NCBI GenBank assembly: GCA_033442325.1
Contig: JAWQFM010000035.1
Coordinates: forward strand, 57,280-121,279
From: Salpingoeca rosetta
Lineage: Eukaryota; Protista; Choanoflagellata
DNA length: 64,000 nt
Direction of reading: 5' to 3'
The position numbers and the translations under genes are program-made. Shown here in pieces: positions 36,452 through 48,209 of this stretch (the first letter of the stretch is position 1; every line of letters begins with the position of its first letter). The notes under the pieces are model-generated. The model was not told where the DNA came from. It was given only the letters and a program-made list of their open reading frames with translations, and ran no database searches.

Positions 36452-36697
36452 CTCCGTAGCCGATAGCTTTGTGCGCCGCTGTGGGAAGTGCTTTCCCTTT
36501 GCTTTCCGCTGTGCCTCACTAGCACCCTCCGCTCCTTTCTGCACTCGTCTTGCTCTCGCCCGGTTTCGTGTGCAGGGGATAAGCCATATGCGTGCAAGTT
36601 TTGCGGGACGCACTTCTCCAACAGCAGCAACCGGCGCAAGCACGAGCGCTGCCACTGCAAGCTGCGGCCCACAGACGGCAGCATGAACCTTTCGTAG
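33121..36697 (+). CDS. C2H2 zinc-finger transcription factor: long Q/S/T/A low-complexity region plus two pairs of fingers
   Basis: Exons about 33121-35910, 36182-36371 and 36576-36697. Fingers CNVC...HRHHRTH-TGERPY-CAHC...KHEQAH and CADC...HRHRRVH-TGDKPY-CKFC...KHERCH. NLS-like PKRKRSK. Confidence 0.9.
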
Positions 36698-36959
36698 GGT
36701 GTGTGACGGTGGTGACAACGGCCCTTGCTGCTGCTGCTGTGCTGAATGCCTTGTTCTTTCTTAACTGAGCGACTTGTTGCAATATGTCGATACAGGCTGT
36801 GTGTGTGTGTGCGCGTGTGTGTGTGTGTGTGCGTGTCCGTGTGTGTGTATGTGATGTGCTTCTAGGGAAGAAGAAAGAGTGTATTGTGTCGCACCTTTTC
36901 GCGAGTGTTTTCCTGATATGAGTTGATGTATTGGTGTGATGTGGTGGGTGTGACATGAC

Positions 36960-37008
<49 letters not shown>

Positions 37009-37398
37009 CGCGCGCGCGTGTGCTGCTTGCTGTTGCTTCGATCCTAATGCTGCTGTAGTCGATCTCCCCGGTTGTGTTTTGTTTTGTGCATGGTTGTGTT
37101 GCGCACGCATGTTTATTTGCATCGATGCACTTGCTGGGGTGTACATGTACGCATAGGTGTCAGTCGGCTTTGGCTCGGCTCTTTCTGGCTTGCTTTGCTT
37201 TCTCTTCTTACCCTCCTCTAATACACGAAGCGTATCTCCCCAATGCCAAAAGCGACGCGGGTGGCGGCTGGGGAAGTACCCTCCTCGCTTGCTTGCTTTG
37301 CTCGTTGCTGACTTGCTTCTTGCTTGCTTGCTTGCTTGCTGGTGGATAATGAGTCATCATTCAAAGATAGATAGCAGACACAGAAGACAGGAGGGGAT

Positions 37399-37717
37399 AT
37401 GGGTGCTGTTGAGTTGTGCGACGAGTTCAGCCATCGCCAATGCGTGAGTTCGTCGATGGCAAGGGAAGCGGGGACGGGGAGACGGAGAGAGAAGGGGGTG
37501 GGGAAGATGGTGGCGTGAATGCTGCTGCTGATGCCGTTGGGATGTGCTTTGGTGGTGGGTTTGATTGTGAACAACGTGGCAGTGCCTCACGTGTGCATGA
37601 CGTGTGTGCAGGCGACGATTCTTGATCTGCGCATTGCCGCAGCAAGCTTATCCGTCGCTGGCTGGTGCGTTGTGTGTGTTGGGTGATGGGGGGGAGGAGG
37701 GAAGGGGTCTGTGTGTT

Positions 37718-37765
<48 letters not shown>

Positions 37766-38193
37766 TGTCTGTCTGTCTGTCTGTCCTTCTCGACAAGATA
37801 AAGAGACATCTTTGCAGTCCGCTCCGCTCTATTGTCTCCATCTCCTTCTTCTTTTCAGTACTTTTATTTTTGTTTGTTTCTTTTCTCTTTCTTTTTTTTC
37901 TTTTCTCNNNNNNNNNNNNNNNNNNNNNNNNNNNNNNNNNNNNNNNNNNNNNNNNNNNNNNNNNNNNNNNNNNNNNNNNNNNNNNNNNNNNNNNNNNNNN
38001 NNNNNNNNNNNNNNNNNNNNNNNNNNNNNNNNNNNNNNNNNNNNNNNNNNNNNNNNNNNNNNNNNNNNNNNNNNNNNNNNNNNNNNNNNNNNNNNNNNNN
38101 NNNNNNNNNNNNNNNNNNNNNNNNNNNNNNNNNNNNNNNNNNNNNNNNNNNNNNNNNNNNNNNNNGTGGTGGTGTGGTGGTGGTGGTGGTGGT

Positions 38194-38242
<49 letters not shown>

Positions 38243-38684
38243 TGTGTGTGTGTGTGTGTATCTGTCTGCCTGTCTGTCTGTCTGCCTGGCTGTCTGTCTG
38301 GCTGTCTGTGGCTGTGGCTCTGGCTCTGGCTCTGGCTGTGTGTGGTTGGTTGGATGTTCCACTTGTCAACTCCTGTTCACGACGCTGCTGAAAACACCAC
38401 CCACCCACCACGACCGTTCCATCCACCATTCCAATCTGCTCTCCGCCCCTCCCCCCCCCAAAAAAAAAAGGCGGTATCACGCTGTCGTGTGGGGCCTGGC
38501 GCTGGTGCCGGCGATTGTGCCGCTGTGCACGCGGGGATATGCGCCTGCCGGTGCGTGGTGCTGGATTGAGCAATCACAGACGGCCCTGCGCTTTGCGCTG
38601 TGGTATGTACCCATGCTCCTCCTCCTCGCCGTCATCGGTACGTCCCACGAGACCTCCTGCTGCGGCTGATCTGTCTGTCTGTCT

Positions 38685-38778
<94 letters not shown>

Positions 38779-39024
38779 GCGCGCTGAAGGTCTTGTCGCC
38801 ATCTCTCCCCTCCCCACCCACTCGTGTCCTCTCGCTATACCCCCCCCCCCTCCACAACACCAATCGTTACCAGGTGTGAGCTATGTGCTCATGTACCGCC
38901 GCCTTCGCTCCCGGCAGTTTTCGCTCCGCGGGGAGGCCATACAGGAGGAGGACGACTCGTACAGGGACAACATCGCCACACTCAAGTCAGCCGCTGTGCT
39001 GTGCTCTTTGTGTGTGTGTGTGTG

Positions 39025-39071
<47 letters not shown>

Positions 39072-39588
39072 GTGTTTGTCTGTGTGTGTGTGTGTCTGTC
39101 TGTCTGTCTGTCTGTCTTTATTTGTGTAACAGTCTGCGTGTGTGCTTGTGTTGTTGTTGTATCAAATGCGATGATTGTCACCCCTCACCATCCCTTGCCA
39201 ACAACTCCTCATTCACTCACACACACACACACTCACTCACACACACACACACTCACTCACTCACTCACTCACTCACACTCACTCACACTCACTCACACAC
39301 TCACTCACTCACTCAATGCACGCACGCGCGCGTGCATGTGCAGGTGGTACCCTGTGGTGTATGTTGTTGTGTCTGTGTTCTCTGTCATCAACAGAATACA
39401 AAACGCCGTCCACCCGTCCCACCCCGTCTACGCCCTCTACCTCCTCCACTCCCTCTCCTCCCCGCTCCAGGGTAGGTAGTTGTCTGTGTGTCTGTGTGTG
39501 TGTGTTGCGTGTCTGTGTGTGTTGCGTGTCTGTGTGTGTTGCGTGTCTGTGTGTGTTGCGTGTGTATGTGTGTGTTGCGTGTGTGTGT

Positions 39589-39627
<39 letters not shown>

Positions 39628-40155
39628 TGTCTGTCTGTGTGTTGCGTGTGTGCAGATATGTGTCCATCTGCCCGTCCATCTGTCTGTCCGTGTGACTTCG
39701 CTTTTCTCTTTGCTTTCCACTTTGCCGTCTCATCATTACTCTCACCACTGCCGCCGCTGCTGCCGCCACCGCCAGGGCTTTTCAATGCCGCTGTGTATGC
39801 AACCAGCGTTGCTTCCCTTCGCTCTACCTCGTTTCAGTCCATCAAACAGGTTTGTGCGTGTGTCTGTGTGTTTGTATTTGTGTGCATGTGCTGATTTGTG
39901 TGTCTTGGCGATATCTGACTCCCATGTTGTTCTTCACACTGAATCACTCAACTGACCTTCTTCGTCCTTCTCACACACACACACACACACCATATTACAC
40001 GCACTCTCACGACTGACAACGACCACCGCGACTACCAGGCGCTGTCGCACCGGCTTGCATCGCCGGAGATGCAGGAGTACACTGTACACCAGCCGGACGA
40101 GGAAGGGCTCATGGCCAACACCAGTTCAGACAGCGAAGCAGACCTCCTCCCATAG
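37399..40155 (+). CDS. 7TM receptor of the GCR1 / Dictyostelium cAMP-receptor-like family
   Basis: TM1 AAASLSVAG; YHAVVWGLALV; AGAWCWI; LRFALWYVP; LKWYPVVYVV...INRIQN; PLQGLFNAAVY. TM2-3 are presumably in the gap at 37908-38165. Confidence 0.85.
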
Positions 40156-40581
40156 CCACGTGCGCGCATGCTGCCTATCTTTGCTTCTTCAACCCCCTTT
40201 TGTTATTCTTCCATTCCCACATCCTTGATAATTCCATGCACGAATAGAAGGAGCGAAAGAAATTCTTGCTAACGATCATCGATGCATGCAAGCAACACGA
40301 GCAAGCCTGAGATGCGTTTTCCCATCGCCCCCCACTGACAACCAAACAACAACCATCATCAGCGGCAACACGGTGAGCGCTCAAGTTGTTTTGGTTTCTG
40401 TCGTGTTTCTGCCTCCTTTCTGCTCGCCTGCGTTTGTTCTTTTGTTGCTGCTTGTTGTGTCGTTGTTGTTGTTTGTGACGTGCCCATTTTCTCTCCAACA
40501 TCATCGTCTCCCTCAACAGCTCCCGTGTCTAGGTGTCTGCTTCTTCCAACGAGCCAACAACCAACAACCAAACGAATCACC

Positions 40582-40803
40582 ATGGACTGCAAGTGTGGAC
40601 CCGGCTGTGGCTGCATGAAGGACGGCAAGTGCACCTGCGGCGACAAGTGCGAGTGCGCGAGCTGCGAGTGCGTGCCAGGATGCAAGTGCAAGGAAGGCGG
40701 CGAGTGCATCTGCGGTGACAACTGCGGCTGCTGCAAGGGCAAGGACGCCGCAAAGCCTGGTGACGCCGCAAAGAGCGGAGAAGGCTGCTCCTGCTGCCAT
40801 TGA
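40582..40803 (+). CDS. Metallothionein-like protein, 73 aa, 20 Cys
   Basis: MDCKCGPGCGCMKDGKCTCGDKCECASCECVPGCKCKEGGECICGDNCGCCKGKDAAKPGDAAKSGEGCSCCH*. CxC motifs, no Phe/Tyr/Trp, all Cys encoded by TGC/TGT in non-microsatellite sequence, ATCACCATGG start context. Confidence 0.88.
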   Translation: MDCKCGPGCGCMKDGKCTCGDKCECASCECVPGCKCKEGGECICGDNCGCCKGKDAAKPGDAAKSGEGCSCCH

Positions 40804-41477
40804 GACCGACCAAGGCCGACTGAGGCGGACTGCGCAACAAAGCCATGATGGAGCAAGCTATCAAGGGATCAAGAGAAGAGACAAGAAATTATGGGAGTCA
40901 ATGACAGTCACAGCTATTTGCTTCTTTGCGTGATGCTGTGTTGGCTTCACCCTTCACCTTTCTCGCTTTTCTCCACTTGCCATCTTGTGCTTTGCGTCTA
41001 CGCTGTATGCCTGTTTGCTTTAGTGTGTCTGTACGCCTGTGTGCCTCCTCTCCCGTTTCCCCCTTTGTTCCCACGCTCACTTCTTCACTTACCCACTGGT
41101 TGTTTCACTCCTCGCGTTCTTGCTCCACTCTTGCGTGCATGCACGTTGACTTGAAGACAGTGAAGAGACCCCTTCTCCTTCTGCTTGAGTGCTTGCCAGC
41201 CTGGTGCCTCTCTGCATCTCGCTCGGCACCCCTTCCCCTACATATTGTCACATCACCTGTCTTCCCCCTCCCCCACGTTCAATCCAAAGAGACAAAAGAG
41301 TACAAGAGTGCACACGACAAGCAGACAAGCTCAGAGAACAAGAAGAGAACAAGAAATCAAGAAGCAACGCAAAGCAAAGCAAACCGCGCCATATTGATGA
41401 CTCATTTCTTGTTCAACAACAAACCATCGACACCAACAACACACCCACGACCACCAACCAAAGAACCAACCACCACC

Positions 41478-42467
41478 ATGTCTTCTTCGGCTCGAGCACG
41501 CGAGCACGCCACGCCTTATCATGCGGATGACAACGACGACGACGACGGATACACGTACGAGGGGGGAGAGGAGGAGGAGGGCGAAGGGTTTCAGCTGTTC
41601 TCCACGCGCCGGCCACGCGACGTGGGTGCTGGGCTGTCCTCCGGGCTAAAGTCCATTGGCAAAGGCGTTGGGCTCGGCATTGTGTCGCTTGTGGCCGCTC
41701 CCGTTGCGGGCGCGTACGAGGGCGGCGCCTCCGGGTTCGCGCGAGGCCTCGGCGCCGGCGTTCTCGGCGCCGTCGTGCTGCCTGTCACGGGCACGCTTGT
41801 CGGCGCCACGCAGATTGTCCGTGGCGTGTGGAACACGCCCGAGGCCATTGTGGCCAGGGCGCGCGGCCAGCAGTTTGACCCCTTCAAGCGCGAGTGGGTG
41901 GACTTCCGCATTGACCGCGCCGTCGTCCTCGACGAGCCCGAGTTCGCCCGCAAGCGCAAGCACAAGGCAAGGCCCGGGCGCGGCGGCGACGGCGACGACG
42001 ATGGTGATGGCGACGGCGACGGCAACATGGACGGCGACTTCTACGCCATGCTCGGCGTCTCCCACGACGCATCGGATGAGGAGATCCGCAAGAACTACTA
42101 CAAGCTCGCGCGCAAGTGGCACCCGGACAAGAACCCCGGCGACGAGGACGCGGCGGCCAAGTTCCAGCGGCTGGGCCGCGCATACCAGGTGCTGTCCAAC
42201 CCGGACCTCCGTGCCAAGTACGACCAGGGCGGCGAGGAGAACGTGTCTGAGGACGACACCGTGGACGCGGGCCTGTTCTTCACCATGCTGTTTGGAAGCG
42301 ACCTCTTCACACCGTACGTTGGAGAGCTGGCCATGGCCACGGCCGCGCGCCTTGGCGACGCCGCCTCCCAGCGCACCATGTACCGCGCCCAGCTGTATCG
42401 CGTGGCGCAGCTCGCCCAGTCCCTTGCCCTCCGCCTCGACACCCTCGCACCCGCTCACCCACAGCAA

Positions 42468-42502
<35 letters not shown>

Positions 42503-42632
42503 GCAGCAGCAGTCTGGTTCACCTCATCGCCGGTCGACGCTGTCAGCGTTTGCATCACGGCTCACATCGTGGGGGAGTCGCAGACACGTGGGCAGTGGCG
42601 ACGGCGATGGCTCACGCACACAACAGCAGCAG

Positions 42633-42664
<32 letters not shown>

Positions 42665-43960
42665 ACAACAACAGCAGGGAACGCAGGCGACTGGGGCCAA
42701 TGGGAGCGATGCCGGCCCTTACCCCGCGGCGGCGCTGAGCGAGGCGGAGTTTGCTGCGCGCGTGCGTGAGGAGGCGGAGCGGCTGGCCCGTGCGTCGTTT
42801 GGCATTGAGCTGCTCGGCGCCATTGGACGCGAATACCGGCTGGCGGCCGACGTGGGCCGCGGCGGGCTCGTCGGGTTCCGCGCACGTGTGCAGCGCGGGC
42901 GGCACGCGCTCGGGGTGAAGTGGCACGCGGTCAAGTCTGCCGGGAGCATGCTGATGACGGCGCACTCGCTGGCGCAGCGGCTGGAGCGTGAGGAGGAAGA
43001 GCGGCGGCGGGAGGCGGCGGTGGAGCGGGAGATGGAGGCGGAGGGGGTGGACAGCACCATGGTGGAGGAGGAGGACGGGTTCACCGTCGTGCAGAAGAAG
43101 GAGAAAAAGGAAGAGAAGGAGAAGGAGGGTGCAGAGGAGGGCAGCAAGGGGACTGCTGGCAAGAGCGGTGGTGGAGAACAACAGGACGAAGAACAAGAAG
43201 AAGATGGTCACGTGGACACGAACAAGGACACGAGCGGCGGCAATGCCAGTGACGGCGAAGGCACACATGGTGATGCTGCTGCTGATGAAGATGCCGATGA
43301 AGATGAGAGCACGGCACCAGGGTCCACGGAGCGGGACGCGCGTGCTGAGGCGGCGGCGGATGCGCGGCGGGCGGCGGAGGAGACGGCGCAACGAGAGGCA
43401 GAGCAGCGGGCGCGGCTGGAGGCGATGCTGGAGCAGGAGGCCCTGCCCATGGTGCTCGATGCAATGTGGGCCGGCAACATGGTGGACATCCAGACCACCC
43501 TGGAGGCGGCGTGCCACGCGGCGCTGGTGGGCGGGACGCACGGGGTGGATGCGGTGGACCGGCAGCAGCGCCGGCGGCGGTGCGATGCGCTGCGCATCAC
43601 GGCAGACGTGTTCCTGGCGGTGGCGAGGGAGGCCGCACAGCGCAGGGACGACGAGGAACACAGCCACCAGCAGCAGCAACAGCAGCAGCAGCACACAGGC
43701 GGTGCTGGTCGTGAGGAGGATACAGGGGACGCTGGCGATGGTGATCATGGACGGGAGGGGCGTGGTGTGGATGGTGCCGGGCCAGGCATCAGCAGCGGTG
43801 ACAGGAGCAAGAAGAGGGCGGAGGACGAGCGACGGGCGCGGCGGGCGCGGGATGCGATGGAGCGGGCGCAGGTGGAGACGGTCCTGCGGTCGCAGTTTGG
43901 TGACGACGTGGACGTGGAGGAGATGCGCAGGGAGATGGAACGCCACAAGCAGCAGTACGC

Positions 43961-43999
<39 letters not shown>

Positions 44000-44066
44000 G
44001 CAGCAGCAGCAGCAGCAGCAGCAGGAAAAGCAGGACAAGCAGGACTCGTCAGCATCAACGGCGTGA
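41478..44066 (+). CDS. Intronless J-domain protein with DnaJ-X domain (Djp1/Caj1/ATJ10-like) and a Gly-rich amphipathic N-terminal region
   Basis: DFYAMLGV...YYKLARKWHPDKNPGD...AYQVLSNPDLRAKYD, FFTMLFGSDLFTPYVGEL, SFGIELLGAIG and MWAGNMVDIQTTL. Confidence 0.9.
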
Positions 44067-44317
44067 ACGTGGCAGCTCCATGCTCTACTGTGTGTCTGTC
44101 TGTGTGTGTGTGTGTGTCTGTGTGTCTGTGTGTCTGTGTCTGTGTCTATGTGTCTGTGTCTGTGTGTCTATGTGCCGTCTTATTTGTTACTTTCCTCCGT
44201 GGTTTCTTCTTTTATTTGTGTATCGTCGTACGGGTTCCTTTAATGTACCTGTTCCTACGTACTCCCCAACCATCAACTCACACCCGAAGTACACGATGCG
44301 CAAGTACCGCTACCGTA

Positions 44318-44449
<132 letters not shown>

Positions 44450-44454
44450 CCGTG

Positions 44455-45690
44455 TCACCCCCATCGCTTCACCACCCATCCATAGCGAAGGCGATCGAAA
44501 AAGTCCTGCACGTCCTCATCCTCGCTGCCGTTGTGGCCAACACCACGAGCGCCGTCACCCTGCTGCACCCGCGCTTGCACGTGCGCCTGCTGGTTGAACT
44601 CGGCAATGGCAGCGCCGTCTTGCCTCACGGCGTCGTCCACCTGCTGTTGGAAGCGCGCCCGCATCATGTCATACAGCATGCAGTCCGACCACAGCACCTC
44701 GCACAACACCTGTCGAGTCTCCGGCGCAATGACAAGCTGCTGCCGCGATGACGAGGACGCCTTGAGGTGCGGGTACGCAATGTCTGGGCGCGTGAGGTTA
44801 AGGCGCTGCTTCAGGACGGCCATGGACAGGTCCCACTCCTCATACAGCAGCACAAAGTCCAGCGAGTCCACGAGCGCCTGTGCGCGCCAACGGAACTTTG
44901 GCGGCTCCTTTGGCGTGTACTCCTTGGCCAGGCCAAAGTCGAACGCGTATCCAATGAGATGCAGCTGCCGCGTCAGCTTCTGGACCTGGGCACGCACATG
45001 CTTGCTGGTGAGGCGATATGCGGCAAACTTGATCCACTCGTTGGTGATGCGGTCCGGGTGGAAGTTAAGCAGCGTCTGGAATTTTGTGGCGCCGTAGTAC
45101 TGCAGCGCGGAGATGAACCGTGTGATGGGGTCGCGCACGATCGTGAAGACGAGCGGGCGTTCGGGCCCCATGAGCCCTAACAGCGTCTTGCGCGACTGCT
45201 CGGACCAGCGGATGTGCGAGATGGCGGCGGTGAAGCGCAGCGGATCCACCCCGCACAAGTTGTGCCGGGGCTTCCTGAAGTGGCCCGGAAACCCAAGATG
45301 CGCATGGCAAGGCACGGCCGGCTTGAGCCCCCGCTTCTCCAGCGCGTGGCCAAGCATCACCGTGATGCTGGAGGACCCTGTCTTGTGCGTTTTGATGAAC
45401 ACAAACTTGGGGATGCCGTGGTTCTTCTGCGCCTGCAACTGGTGGCCGTCGACGGGCAGAGGCGCGGGTGCGACAACGTCGCGCAACCCCCACCACATAG
45501 CCTCCAGCAGCGACGCAAACCACGGCACCACAACCACCGCAAACACGATCAAACCAATCACCACTGCTGCCTCAACCAGCATGTCCATGCAGGCCCGCCT
45601 CCGCTCCTCTGCTTCTGCGTCCTCCATCAGCAGCCGCCTGCGATGACGGTAGCCGAGGTGGCGAGCAGCCCCCGGCCGCATCATCATCAT
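44455..45690 (-). CDS. Galactose-3-O-sulfotransferase family, type II Golgi membrane protein, intronless
   Basis: N-terminal TM, 5'-PSB motif FIKTHKTGSSSI, 3'-PB motif TIVRDPITRFIS, then LDFVLLYEEWDLSM and DCMLYD. Start Met is uncertain. Confidence 0.85.
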   Translation of the reverse strand: MMMMRPGAARHLGYRHRRRLLMEDAEAEERRRACMDMLVEAAVVIGLIVFAVVVVPWFASLLEAMWWGLRDVVAPAPLPVDGHQLQAQKNHGIPKFVFIKTHKTGSSSITVMLGHALEKRGLKPAVPCHAHLGFPGHFRKPRHNLCGVDPLRFTAAISHIRWSEQSRKTLLGLMGPERPLVFTIVRDPITRFISALQYYGATKFQTLLNFHPDRITNEWIKFAAYRLTSKHVRAQVQKLTRQLHLIGYAFDFGLAKEYTPKEPPKFRWRAQALVDSLDFVLLYEEWDLSMAVLKQRLNLTRPDIAYPHLKASSSSRQQLVIAPETRQVLCEVLWSDCMLYDMMRARFQQQVDDAVRQDGAAIAEFNQQAHVQARVQQGDGARGVGHNGSEDEDVQDFFDRLRYGWVVKRWG

Positions 45691-45775
45691 CACCAGCAGG
45701 TCCTTGGCAGGACTTGTAGTTGTGGAGAATTGGCCAATGACATGCGACACATTTCAGCTGCGTGTTTTGTGTGTG

Positions 45776-45828
<53 letters not shown>

Positions 45829-45862
45829 GTGTGTGTTGTGTGTGCGATGTGTGTGTGTGTGT

Positions 45863-45894
<32 letters not shown>

Positions 45895-46467
45895 CTGTCT
45901 GTCTGTCTGTGTCTGTCTGTCTGTGAACGCTTTTGATATTTTTTTGTGCGCTCTCCTTCCTCTTCTTCCTTTGTTTGCTCTACCTCTCAGCCAGGCACGA
46001 AAAATGAGTGTACTCAAGCATGGAGAGATGATGATGTGATGTGATGTGACAACAGCATGCCACCGACAATTACTGACAGGAAGCAGCAAGCACTTCGGTG
46101 CACTGCACTCACTGACTCACAAGATGTAACACGAGTACGTGCCAATAGTGACAAGTCAGGTGGTAACGAAGCAAAATGACAATCGCGCAAGCCACTGGCG
46201 CACAACATTGCACAACACCAACCATCAACGCAGTGTGCGATTCAACGCTCCACCACCACATAAAACGCACATCACACCAAAACACACCACACAACACATC
46301 ACACCACGGGATATCTCATACCACATGCACACAACGCGCACAACACAACACAACACACCTCAACACACCTCAACACCACTAACACAACAAAACCACAACA
46401 CACACACACACAACAAGAACAAAACCACACATGCATTAGCATACGCGGCATGCACACGCACGCCCCC

Positions 46468-47545
46468 CTACACGCCGTCAGTGCATGTGCCAGTGCCGTC
46501 CGCCAATGCGCGTACGAGGGTGCGGCCGCTCGCAGGCAGCGTGCACTTGACGGGGAACACCCGCGCCGTCTTGGCGGTGTAGAAGTTGGTCACCACCACC
46601 TCGCCGGCCGTCCCGCTCGCCTCCACGCTGACAGAGGCGCTGTCGTGCGACACACGCGAGAAACGGGCGCGGGACACGGAGATCCACTTGCTCGGTTCGC
46701 CGAGCAGCGCCACCCCATTGGGCAGCAGCGGCGACAGCGTGTAGAACTGGAAGTCCGATTTGCCGCACGCCTTGGTGTGCAGCGGAGACGCCCCCGTGAC
46801 CAGCACCGCCGTGGTGGTGGTGTTCTGCTCAAAGGCGACCAGCGTCGTGTTGGCGGCATACCCGAGCTCCGTCACCGCCACGCTGTAGTCTTGGTTGAGC
46901 GTGGCCGCCGTCACGTACGACACCACCACGTCCGGCGACAGGCGCGTGTATGTGGAGTAGACGTGCCCGTCAATGCCGGCAGCGGCGGCGCCAAACGCCT
47001 TGCGTGGGAAGTACGCATCGAGATCTGTGGCAGGGCGGTCTGGGGTGAGCAGCGTACCGTCTGCCGTGCACAGGGACATGATCAGGGGCACGTTGGAGTA
47101 GCCGATCCTGTCCGAGGGGCACACGGGGCCCGTGCTGGTGATGAGGGAGACGGCCTGCAGCCGCGAGTACGGCTCGGTGAGGCCATACGGGTTGTACGGC
47201 TGGTGCTGCGTGGTCCAGAAGTTGTCCTTGGAGGGCGCAATGCCTAGCGCGTAGGCCAGCATCGCCGTCCGCCCAAGATCCCACTGGTCGTTGCCTGCAG
47301 GCACAACAATGCGAGTATGTGAGTGGGGGTGGTTGGTTGAGGAAGGGGGGGGAGGAAGAGAAGACATGCATGATAAGACCTGTTGAACACATTCACACAC
47401 ACACACACACAACAGCAACAGCAACAGCAGCCGCAACCACACATTCACACATTGACAAACACACACACACACGCGCACATACACATTTACACACTCACAC
47501 CATAACACACACACACACCATAACACACACACACACACACACACC

Positions 47546-47598
<53 letters not shown>

Positions 47599-48172
47599 GG
47601 CTGGTAGTCGCGGCTGGCGCGGGCGTTTGTGACGGCGTTGATCTCGACCGACTGCATGAGGTGGCGCACATACGCCATGCAGTACTGGATGGTGACGCCA
47701 ACCTCCTCCGCCGCCCGCCCCATCTGCAGCAGCCACTGCCGCGCCAATGTCGCCGACGATGTCAGCACCGCCACGTTGTCGTACTCGTCGTTGAGCCAGT
47801 CCTGCTCGTACACCACCATGCCCGTCTTGCTCTTGTTGTGCAGCAGCTCGTACCAGAACCCCTGCTCCAGCGGCAGGGCGTGGCGCGTGCTGTTGTCCAC
47901 CGCAAAGGCCCACCTGCCGCCGTTCTGCTTGGCGTAGATGGTTGATTCGCTCCAGAAGCGGTTGTGCAGCTGCTGCGGCCACCCCGTGCTGTTGTGCACG
48001 CCCGCCATGCCGTTTGGGAAGATGGTGGGGCGCGCGTCCCACCGCTGCACGCCCTGGTCCGGGCCTGGGTGGTGGTGGTGGTGGTGGTGAGGGGAGGGGT
48101 GAGGGGTGAGGGAGATGAGGGTGGTTTTTGGTACGAGAGATGATAATGGTTTGCACACATACACATACACAT

Positions 48173-48209
<37 letters not shown>

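Noticed and set aside
40161-40167. Metal-response-element-like TGCGCGC upstream of the metallothionein
   Set aside because: TGCRCNC occurs throughout this sequence, so one match is uninformative.
40926-41477. N-terminal extension of the 1046-aa DnaJ ORF
   Set aside because: It starts at a non-ATG codon and reads like UTR. The ATG at 41478 has the typical CACCACCATG context.
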